A DNA stretch of 64,000 nt from Octopus sinensis (taxonomy: Eukaryota). The position numbers and the translations under genes were made by a program. Position 1 is the first letter of the stretch, and every line of letters begins with the position of its first letter. Under the pieces are notes generated by a model. The model was not told the origin of the DNA and did no database searches. It saw only the letters and a program-made list of their open reading frames with translations. Location of the stretch: the NCBI RefSeq assembly GCF_006345805.1, contig NC_042997.1:30690001-30754000 (forward strand), in the 5' to 3' direction. Of the stretch, positions 29,732 to 40,894 are shown one piece after another.

Positions 29732-30292
29732 TTAAGCATCTCAGTTATTAATCCCAATGGCCCAGCTAACTATATGGTCCCTACCATTGACAACCACGCT
29801 CTTCCTAAGTATTCTCCTCATTTAACAATCTTTCCCTATAACATTTCTACATCTCTCACTTTTCAGTATTAATGAGAACAGCTTCCACTGCTATCATTTC
29901 AGATGCACTTCTCCCAAATATTTTGATTTTCTCAAGTACACTTTAGCAATCCAGAACAACTTGCACTTCCGATCCTCACTTCTTACAACATGCACAAACT
30001 TCATTTGGCTTTCCCCTTGATAAGTATAACCCGACATCTAGTTTCTCTTCTATTTACCTGATATTTTTTGTTTGACCCCCACCACCTTTTCCAAAACTTT
30101 CCAGGCTTGTCTCTAAAGCTTTATGGCTCTAACATTTTATAGTGCTTTAGGGTGCTATTCTTTTACCATGTCTTGTAGAAACTCCCAATTATCTATTAAG
30201 CTATAAATCTCTATTTCCTCCACCTTTTAATTACATGTGCCAGTTAGAATTTCTCTGAACCTACAACTGGCTGAGTGCTCTTTCAGCTCTTT

Positions 30293-31630
30293 CATGCGTT
30301 AAGTGAACATAGACGCAATTGTTTAGTATTTTGATGCCGGGTTGGGTCATTTGCATAGTCCATATCTTAATATGGACTAATGACCTAAAGCCCATTAATT
30401 TAGTATTTCATCACATTTTATTTTATTTATAGAGAAGATAGTTCCTTGGTTTGATTAGTATTTAATGCACAAGAAATACAATAAAAAGTACTTGTTCCAA
30501 CTTCTGTTTAAATATCCAGAGTAACTTCAGTCATGCTCATAGAAAATAGTAGATTGTCTTTTGCCTCTGGATTCATCTAGTTCTTACACTGAAATTACTA
30601 AACCTATGGTGAGTGGTGGTATGTTCTTCACCAATGGAGTCTTGCCTGTGTGTTCACCTGATTGGTATATAACCAAGTGGCTGGCTGACTGGCTGGCTTT
30701 CTGATGTTCATTTTGCAAATGGTTGGGGTTGGGTCAATTGCATAACAGAATTTCAAAAGCCTTGATCCTTCTTTATTTCTTGAACCATATCTGTAGCCTC
30801 AAACATCAGAGCAGCCATCATATTGTTGCCCAAAATGTCCATTAAAACTGGTAACCACGATAACAAGAGTTGCCATCATATGTAATCAAGCCCTGATTAT
30901 GGAGCATAAGCAGAGATATATGTCATGGTCATGTTGTCTATGAATAGCCTAAACTTAATTATTCTATCACACACTCTGTTTTCCTCAATGGCTTATCTAG
31001 GCCGACGAAGGACAATCATCCTGAGACACGTGTCCCTAGATGCAGCCCGGGCGGCCGGGGGTGTTTGTCTCCCCTTCGTAAATGTATATAAGGACACAGG
31101 AAAAATGTGTCAAAGCCATCAGGAGGCGCCGATGCTTCCTAGGGCTATACAGCGGTGGTGTACCCCCCTACTGTCACGTTCGTGTTAGATTGACAGTATA
31201 CAACCATTCTATTGCCCCACCACCGTACATGTCTCTACGAGAGATTTAGAAATTTAGTATTTCTGATTTATCTATCCATTTCTCTATTAGCATCATGTCT
31301 TCTCTACATACCCCCATTGCTGTTGCCAGCCAAAACCATATTTTAATTATCTACTATTCTATATGAGCATGACTGAAGTTACTCTGGATATTCAAGCAGA
31401 AATTGGAGCAAGTACTTTTATTGTTCTATTTCTTATACATTAAACACTAATAAAACTGAGGAATGGAATATTGTTTCATAAGATTGGTGATTAATAGTTA
31501 ACTAAGTGTCTTCTCTATAAATAAAATGTGATGATGAAATGCTAAATTGATGGCCTTTAAGGTCATTAGTCCATATCTTAATAAGTCATCAAAATGCTAA
31601 ACAATTGTGTCTAAGTTCACTTATGCATGA
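30293..31630. repeat. Old inverted repeat, arms about 260-280 bp (30293-30555 and 31350-31630)
   Basis: For example, aatatccagagtaacttcagtcatgctcata is the reverse complement of tatgagcatgactgaagttactctggatatt; arms are diverged. Confidence 0.8.
30995..31041 (+). ncRNA. Minimal hammerhead motif, U4C and A14G variant
   Basis: ATCTAGG-CCGACGA-AGGA caatca TCCT-GAGA-CACGTG-TC-CCTAGAT; perfect 7-bp stem I, GUC triplet. Confidence 0.65.
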
Positions 31631-34164
31631 GCTCAAATATCAAACATCCTTAATGACCGGTATACTACCAACAATATTTTCTGAACATGGTATGAATGCA
31701 GACAACCATTAAAAAAATTCCATAGGGTGGTTACTCTATTATGAATTTAATGTCAAGATTTTAGCATTCAAATTACAGTGTCAAAATGCAATGCACAGTT
31801 TTCAGTTAATTATGCCTCATCTTACAACCTCGAGATTTTGACAATGAGATTATTTATAGGATAGGTGTAGGCAGCAAGATCTGGCCATTTTGAACATGAA
31901 ACAAGCGGAATATTTTTGGCTGGATATGACCAGTTTAAATACCAATGGGTAATGTAAGCGATATTACATAATATAAGCACCAACTGAGATGGAACAAGTC
32001 CACTGAAATTCCAGTGAATCGAAATTGAACCAGCACGGAAAAAGCACCATCCAAATCGTGGCCGATTGCCAGTGCCACCTTGACTGGCTTCCATGCTGGT
32101 GGCACGTAAATTGCACCAATCTGATCGTGATCGTTGCCAGCCTCGCCTGGCACCTGTGCAGGTGGCACGTAAAAAGCATCCACTACACTCACGGAGTGGT
32201 TGGCGTTAGGAAGGGCATCCAGCTGTAGAAACACTGCCAGATCATACCGGAGCCTGGTGCAGCCTTCTGGCTTCCCAGATCCCCAGTCGAACCGCCCAAC
32301 CCATGCTAGCATGGAGAACGGAAGTTAAACGGTGATGATGATACCTATCGCTTCCTGGTTGACTATGCTACCAATTACAATACACAATACCAACCTTCTA
32401 TCACACTGCCTCAAATTAAATATGAAAATTTAATTCTGTTATTTAAAGTATTTAGAGGAGATAAAATACCATCATCATTTAACGTCCATTGTCCATACTG
32501 GCATGGGTTAGATGGCTTCACTAGGCTGGCCCACTGGAAAGGCTGCAGCAGACTCCAGTCTCATTTGGCCGGGTTTTCTATGGCTGGATGCCATTCCTAA
32601 CACCAACCACTCCAAGAGTATAATGGATGCTTTTATGTGCCACCAGCAAGGAAACCATTTGCATGACACTGTAGCATAATTAGTAAAGCAGTTGCTGGAC
32701 AAGCATTAGTTTGAATAGTATGTAGTGGGAGTGCCATCCCAAAGCAGTACTTACAAAGTTCTTACAACAATGATATAATTTTAGTTATAAAGGTACGATT
32801 ATAAATGAATTAGTTTCCCAGGGAAACCAGCAATAGGCGGTATGCAAAACTGTCACAAAAATGAAACTCAATAGGTGAATGTCAAAATAACCAATGTATC
32901 CTTTGAATAGCAATCTTAACTTTATATTTCCAAAATAGAAAGTGTTGGAAATCTAGCAGCAGTAATTTGGCTAAGGAAGATCCAAAATACTCTCCCTTTT
33001 CCTAAGCCATTAACTCCTAATGGAGTGCTGTTGTGATATATGACATATCTAGGCATCTAAAGCTGGTGGAGCCCATCCCTCTGCATATCTGACCAAAGCT
33101 AATTGTTCCAGAAAGAAAAAAAAAAAAGAGAGATGAATTGATACAAACTGAGTTGGTACTTCTTATATTTACTCCAAAGGAATGGAAAGCAAAGTTGACC
33201 GTGACAGGATTTGAATTCCAGTGTTCATTACTCTAACAAATTTGCCATCTATAAAACACCCTTAGAATAATCACAAAAGAACCAACCAACAAACTAACTA
33301 AGGATTTGCTATACAATTACATTTACTCTTTTACTTGTTTCAGTCATTTGACTGTGGCCATGCTGGAGCACCGCCTTTAGTCGAGCAAATCGACCCCAGG
33401 ACTTATTCTTTGTGAGCCTAGTACTTATTCTATCGGTCTCTTTTGCCAAACCACTAAGTTACGGGGATGTAAACACACCAGCATCGGTTGTCAAGCGATG
33501 TTGGGGGGACAAACACAGACACACACATATATATATGACAGGCTTCTTTTCAGTTTCCATCTACCAAATCCACTCACAAGGCTTTGGTCGGCCCAAGGCT
33601 ATAGAGGAAGACACTTGCCCAAGGTGCCACGCAGTGGGACTGAACCCGCAACCATGTGGTTTGTAAGCAAGCTACTTTCCACACAGCCACTCCTATGCCA
33701 ATGTTGTAAAAAAAAAACTGCTACTTTTGAGAACTCCTTAGTTAATGCTATTATCAAATTAATTCTACAAAGTATGGAAGGAAATGGCTACACCAATTTC
33801 ATACTACAATCTCAAACTCCTGCATATTATATATAGCGTAAAAATATGAATTAGAGAAAGGAGAGAAATCGTACTTTATATCATTAAATTGGGGTCTTTT
33901 TAAACTCTTTTTACTTTTCCACTTGTTGAACTGCAGTAATGCTGGTGCACTACATTGAAAAGTTTTCATCGAACAAACAGAAACCCTGCACACTTATTCT
34001 TTCAGATTCTATTGGCAGAATCATCGTTTAGCGTCCGCTTTCCATGCTAGCATGGGTTGGACGGTTCAACTGGGGATCTGTGAAGCCAGAAGGCTGCACC
34101 AGGCTCCAGTCTGATCTGGCAGTGTTTCTACGGCTGGATGCCCTTCCTAACGCCAACCACTCCG

Positions 34165-34390
34165 TGAGTGTAGTGGGTGCTTTTTACGGGCCACCCGCAC
34201 AGGTGCCAGACGGAGCTGGCAAACGCCCACGGATGGATGGTGCTTTTTACGTGCCACCCGCACAGGTGCCAGACGGAGCTGGCAAACGCCCACGGATGGA
34301 TGGTGCTTTTTACGGGCCACCCGCACAGGTGCCAGACGGAGCTGGCAAACGCCCACGGATGGATGGTGCTTTTTACGTGCCACCAGCACG
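34165..34390. repeat. 60-bp tandem triplication inside a family A copy
   Basis: ggtgctttttacgkgccacccgcacaggtgccagacggagctggcaaacgcccacggatggat repeated 3+ times at period 60. Confidence 0.9.
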
Positions 34391-34914
34391 GGGCCAGGCG
34401 AGGCTGGCAACGGCACACTTTTTGTCAAACGGTGGAGTGAACAAACACATACACACACATGCATGACGGGCTTCCATAGTTTTGATCTATGAAATTCTCT
34501 CACAAAGTACTGGTCGCTCCAGGACTAAAAAAAGAAGGCACTTGCAGCACAATGGCACTGAACTTGAAACCCGGTTTGTTCATTTTATAGTAGTTGGTTG
34601 TAATTTTAGCTCACCTTCGGTTTGAGCATCGAGATTTAAGTGATGTAAACTGTTCTCAAAACGAAAGATCGGTGTAATTTTAAAGGAAAATTTACAGAGA
34701 AAAGTTTAAGATTTCTATCCTCCATACAATTTATATTCATCACAGAATTCTTCTCGTGTTTATGTTTAGAATTCTAGTCTTTGATCCATGTTTTAAAATT
34801 GGTGACTAAAAATACTCAAGTTTACTAAATTTCAAACTTTAAGATCAGGTAGTTGGGATTAGAAAGGTCAGCTAACACAAAAAACACTTGATGCATAGAC
34901 ACGTGTAAATGCGT

Positions 34915-35230
34915 TTGTGTATATATGTGTATATATATATGTGTGTGTATGTATATATATATATATGTGGGTGTGTATGTGTGCGTATATGTGTGGGTGT
35001 GTATACATATACACATGTGAGTATGTATGTATATACATATATGTGAGTGTGTGTATGTATATACATATATGTGGGTATATATATATATATACATATATGT
35101 GAGTGTGTATGTATATACATATATGTGGGTATATATATATATATACATATATGTGAGTGTGTATGTATATACATATATGTGGGTATATATATACATATAT
35201 GTGAGTGTGTATGTATATACATATATGTGG

Positions 35231-35299
<69 letters not shown>

Positions 35300-35370
35300 T
35301 ATGTGGGTGTATATATACATACACACAATCATGCATATACACATATATATATATATAAACACACACACAC
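34915..35370. repeat. Compound (TA)/(TG) microsatellite with ~50-54-bp higher-order units
   Basis: atatgtgagtgtgtatgtatatacatatatgtgggt(at)n repeated about 4 times. Confidence 0.9.
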
Positions 35371-36610
35371 AACTGCATGTTTAGTTAGCAAAGAGGATTG
35401 TTACATCCGTAGATTCTATAACTCTCCAATAAAATCGTGAAAATGTCTACAGAAAAAAATACAACTTATAGCGAGTCCGACCTACGGCAATATTAAACAA
35501 AACAAAAAATTACAAAAACCCCGCAGCTAAATGCATCTAAGACCAAAAAGTACCAGGGTAAAAACTCGGTATTTTTCTTAAAAGCAATGCAGTCTGATTT
35601 ACAAAAATAGAATAGTAAATAACCAACCAACCTGAATGACAACTAATGGAATTTGAAGAATTATATTTACATATTTCTTTCTATTTGGATACATTTAGGT
35701 ACATTTAAAAGAGAATTTGTGTACAACAAAATAACAAAATCTGTTAGAGATAACATAAATATTAACGTAAACGATATGGGGGAAAAAATATTGCCTAAGA
35801 AATTGGCAAGCATCAACGTTGTCTCAAAAAGCTAACAGTTATAAAATATATTTCTTTATTGCCCACAAGGGGCTAAACATAGAGGGGACAAACAAAGACA
35901 GACAACGGGATGATTAAGTCGATTACATCGACCCCCAGTGCATAACTGGTACTTTATTTATCGGACCCCGAAAGGATGAAAGGCAAAGTCGACCTCGGCG
36001 GTGTTTGAACCCAGAACGTAACAACGACAGACGAAATACGTTATAAAATAAACCAAATATAAAAAAAGTATTTGTTAAATACGGTTCATTAAATAGTTAA
36101 ACACGGTTCGGTAAATAGTTAAATACTGTTCGTTATCAAGTTGGAATAGAAGCAATATGTTTGCGAAACAAAGATAATAAATGATATCTTAAATAGATGT
36201 GATTTTTCTTCACATCTATATAAACACTCATGTTAAGGAACAGAAATGTTTAATGAGAGTTCTGTAAGCTCACAAAGTCGTTTCTGACCTATAAAATTAT
36301 ATTGTCTACAATTACCTTTAAATATCTCATCACCATTTGTGACTTATACATGATTTACTTTGAGGAAAATTTACGAAAACATCACAAAACAGAAAAGGGG
36401 GAAAATTTTTGAAGATTTTAATGAATCGTAAATAGAATAATCTGAAAGGTTAAAAGCAGAAATGGGGCAAATAATACAGTACAGACGTCACTGTTAAGAA
36501 AAGGAATATGTTGAATGTCATATACAGTATTGTCTCTCGCTGTCGGAGGGGGTTTTAATTACGATATAATTGATTAAAAAGCTGTTTAATTAAAGTAATT
36601 GCTTACGTAC

Positions 36611-36635
36611 CTGCCTGGTTCTCACCGTCCTCCAT
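36611..36635 (-). CDS. MARCHF6: MARCHF6 coding exon 1 (MEDGENQA + G, phase 1)
   Basis: Minus strand reads aagATG GAG GAC GGT GAG AAC CAG GCA G|gtacgt: good Kozak context, GT donor, and the phase-1 end joins exon 2 to give D-ICRVC. It resembles the short acidic first exon of vertebrate MARCHF6. Implied intron 1 is 12707-36610 (23.9 kb). Confidence 0.85.
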
Positions 36636-37000
36636 CTTGAACGTTTGTGATGTAAGAAACCGAAACGATGTCGTAAAATTACTACTGTGAAGATTATCGG
36701 AATAAAAATGAATTATTCTTTTATATATGTTCGTCTATCGTTAATATGAATATCATTAGTTACGCTATAACCGTTAATTGTTAATTATTGGCTAAAAAAA
36801 AGATAACGGTATATTTTGCAGCATTCTCATTTTTTCTTCTCTATCTCGGTAACCTGACAGTTGACAACTTGTCATTGTAAATTTTTACTTAACAAGTATA
36901 GGTTCTTGTTAAGAAGAGAAATATTTATATTTCTTCGAAAGAAATCATATTTTTATCCTTAAAAATTAAAAGTTTAAAAAAAAAAAAATAACAAATATAT
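36636..37000 (-). promoter_or_regulatory. Probable 5' UTR and proximal promoter of MARCHF6
   Basis: Repeat-free sequence directly upstream of the ATG, with visibly more CpG than the intron interior; TSS not determinable. Confidence 0.4.
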
Positions 37001-37796
37001 AGAATTTACCTCATGAAGAGAAATTTTTTTGTTGTTTATTTTTTTTAATATATAAGATCAGAAGCTTCAAAGATATTTTGCCCCATATATCTTCCTCACA
37101 TTCTTCACTTATTCCCTAAATTTTTTTCCCCCCCGGATAAGTCGGACGTTGTTGAACTTATGTTTTCTAATATTGATACAAGTTCACAAATATTTTTGTG
37201 AGTACATTATCAATAACATCGCCTCTGTTCGGTACAAGACTGGTATTTTTCTTTTTATTATTATATTATTATTAATAATAATAATAATAATCACAGAGAA
37301 AAGAAAAAAAGAAAAGTTAGTGATAACAAATTAATGCAGAATTTATTAAAAAGCTGATCCGTGGCGGATTTAACCCCGAATGTAAAGGGAGATAACTAAA
37401 TAGTACAAATCTTTAATCATGCTTCATACATTGTCACTAACCAACATAATAATTGTTTCTTATTTAGATTCAAGAGAAGCAATATTAAGAAAAGGGTGTT
37501 TATTCGAAACCATTGACTCCAGTAGTTGACTGGTACTTAATTTTATCGACCCTTGGAGAATAAAAGGCAAGCTGTCCTCGACAAGATTTGAACCCAGAAC
37601 GTAAGGAGTCGGAAACCGACTAAGTAATATTGATAACGAGGTGTTACTTTGGCGTGTGGTTTAAAACAGAATCTGTTTTATCTACTACGCTGTGTAAGGA
37701 AGGATCTGATCTGAGTTAGAGTTAGGATCAATTAGAGTTTGGGGTTAATGTTTACAACTTGACCCGGAAACGAAAATCAGAAAAAATAGTGCAATG

Positions 37797-38870
37797 GGTG
37801 TAAAAAGATGTGTAGGAAACGAATATGGAAAAAAAAATGCGCGCAAAGCAACGGGAGGGTGGGGAGAGAACCTCGGAAAATTCACAAGATCCGAGTTTTT
37901 CCTCATAACTTTTAGGAAAATGGGATTTTTCAATGAAATTTTATAGAAGTGCCTTTCAAACGGCATACATTACGATTATAAAGAAATTTTTGGGTAAAAT
38001 CTTTTCCAAGGGTGTGGGGAGAGAACCTCGGAAAATTCACAAGATCTTAGTTTTTCCCATGTAACTTTTAGGAAAATGGGATTTTTCAATGAAATTTTAT
38101 AGAAATGCCTTTCAAACGGCATACATTACGATTATAAAGAAATTTGTGGGTAAAATCTTTTCCAAGGGGGTGGGGAAAGAACCTCGGAAAATTCACAAGA
38201 TCTGAGTTTTTCCTTTGTAACTTTTAGGAAAATGGGATTTTTCAATGAAATTTTATAGAAATGCCTTTCAAACGGCATACATTACGATTATAAAGTAATT
38301 TGTGGGGAGAGAAGTTTCGGAAAATTCCCAAGATCCAAATTTTTCCTTGTTATACTCAGAAATCACATTCAACTTTCTACAAATGTCCTAGCGTAGTACT
38401 ACTATACTACGTAGTGTTTATTTCTACCCACTTTCAATAATTTTTTATGTTTTGGCTTCAATTTTGCTTCATTTTATCTTCAATTATTTTTAGGCTTTTT
38501 AACCCTTCCGTCGTTATTCTCATACAATCGTTATTACTTTCTCTATCTATATATATATATACATAGAGAGAGAGAGAGAGAGATACATATTATATATATA
38601 TATATTACGGAGATGTACTTGCATAGCAAGTGACCTGATCTGAGATCGTGTGCTGGAACGAAAACAATTGCAGCGTGGAAGGTGTTTATAAGCCATTTAA
38701 GAAACACACAAAAACCGTTAGATTCACTTCAACAATTAAATTTAATTTGGCAAAATATTTTCGTCGCTTTGAGACCGCGACCTGTTCACTGACAAAACTT
38801 CGTGCTGCATCTCAGATACATACATATATTACATACATCTATATGCATACATATATATACATATATATAT

Positions 38871-38915
<45 letters not shown>

Positions 38916-38933
38916 TGCACACACTCACACATG

Positions 38934-38965
<32 letters not shown>

Positions 38966-40621
38966 TGTATGTATGTATATTTATACAGACACGTTAAATT
39001 TTTACAAGTGCACCTTTACCATGATTAGGAATCCGAAGAAATCTTTTTTAAAAAATGCACTTTTGAAGATGGGGTGCGAAACTGCATCAGCCCCCTTTCT
39101 TTATACATATTTTACGATGACATTTTTCAGAAATACATTTTCTAGAGTGTGGATTACATTAGATTGAAGAATCGAAGGAGTCTGAAAAGAATAATAAATG
39201 AATGCTGAAGTTATAAAAATTAGTGGTAACAATGTCTGGACAAAAAACTATGTTAGTGTTTGTGTGAAACAAGTCAAAGTGTATATTACTGTATATATAG
39301 ATCCCAAGATTTTCCCCACAAATTTCTTTATAATCATAATGTATGCTGTTTGAAAGGTATTTATATAAAATTTCATTGAAAAAAAAAAAACCCATTTTCC
39401 TAAAAGTTATGAGGGAAAAACTCGGATCTTGTGAATTTTCTGAGGTTCTCTCACCACCCCTAGGAAAAGATTTTCCCCACAAATTTCTTTATAATCATAA
39501 TGTATGCTGTTTGAAAGGTATTTATATAAAATTTCATTGAAAAAAAAAAAACCCATTTTCCTAAAAGTTATGAGGGAAAAACTCGGATCTTGTGAATTTT
39601 CTGAGGTTCTCTCACCACCCCTAGGAAAAGATTTTACCCACAAATTTCTTTATAATCGTAATGTATGCAGTTTGAAAGGTATTTATATAAAATTTCATTG
39701 AAAAAACCCCCCATTTTCCTAGAAGTTATGAGGGAAAAACTCGGATCTTGTCAATTTTCCGAGGTTCTCTCTCTACCCCCTAGGAAAAGATTTTACCCTC
39801 AAATTTCTTTATAATCGTAATGTATGCAGTTTGAAAGGAATTTATATAAAATTTCATTGAAAAAACCCCCCATTTTCCTAGAAGTTATGAGGGAAAAACT
39901 CGGATCTTGTGAATTTTCCGAGGTTCTCTCTCTACCCCCTAGGAAAAGATTTTACCCTCAAATTTCTTTATAATCGTAATGTATGCCGTTTGAAAGGCAT
40001 TTATATAAGATTTCATTGAAAAATCCCATTTTCCTAAAAGTTATGAGGGAAAAACTCGGATCTTGTGAATTTTCTGAGGTCCTCTCACCACCCCTAGGAA
40101 AAGATTTTACCCTCAAATTTCTTTATAATCGTAATGTATGCCATTTGAAAGGCATTTATATAAGATTTCATTGAAAAATCCCATTTTCCTAAAAGTTATG
40201 AGGGAAAAACTCGGATCTTGTGAATTTTCTGAGGTCCTCTCACCACCCCTAGGAAAAGATTTTACCCACAAATTTCTTTATAATCGTAATGTATGCAGTT
40301 TGAAAGGTATTTATATAAAATTTCATTGAAAAAACCCCCCATTTTCCTAGAAGTTATGAGGGAAAAACTCGGATCTTGTGAATTTTCCGAGGTTCTCTCT
40401 CTATCCCCTAGGAAAAGATTTTACCCTCAAATTTCTTTATAATCGTAATGTATGCCGTTTGAAAGGCATTTATATAAGATTTCATTGAAAAATCCCATTT
40501 TCCTAAAAGTTATGAGGGAAAAACTCGGATCTTGTGAATTTTCTCAGGTCCTCTCCTCACCCTCCCATTGCTTTGTGTGCATTTTTTTTTTTTCATATTC
40601 GTTTCCTACACATTTTCTACA
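37797..40621. mobile_element. Foldback-like element: inverted arms built from 155-161-bp tandem units
   Basis: Left arm ~37797-38350 (about 3 units), right arm ~39301-40621 (about 8 units) in opposite orientation, with shared unique outer ends tgtgtaggaaacgaatatg / catattcgtttcctacaca. Confidence 0.75.
38746..38796 (-). ncRNA. Hammerhead-like motif with swapped G3:C8 core
   Basis: TTTGTCA-GTGAACA-G-GTCGC ggtctcaaa GCGAC-GAAA-ATAT-TT-TGCCAAA; stem I pairs 6 of 7, stem II 5 bp, palindromic AAAATATTTT at stem III. Confidence 0.55.
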
Positions 40622-40894
40622 TATTCATATTTGTTTCCTGTACATTTTATGGGAGTTTTTTTTTTGAGGACTTATATTGTCGCTGGATGCTCAAAATGAG
40701 GAGTAGATAGACAGCCGACAACTGATGAACGGTCCTTTCTCTGTGTTTACTTGTTCTGTTTCCCATTTTTTTTTGTTGTTTACATATTTAACTCATTTGT
40801 TTACATATTTCATGTTGTCTGCACCACTGGTAACGTCCTGTGCCCATATATGCATGTATATATATATATATATATTAAGAGGTGCAGCAACATC

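Noticed and set aside
39343-40667. Repeated 63-71-aa ORFs (MPFERHLYKISL...)
   Set aside because: Products of the 155-161-bp tandem unit; variable poly-A lengths break the frame.
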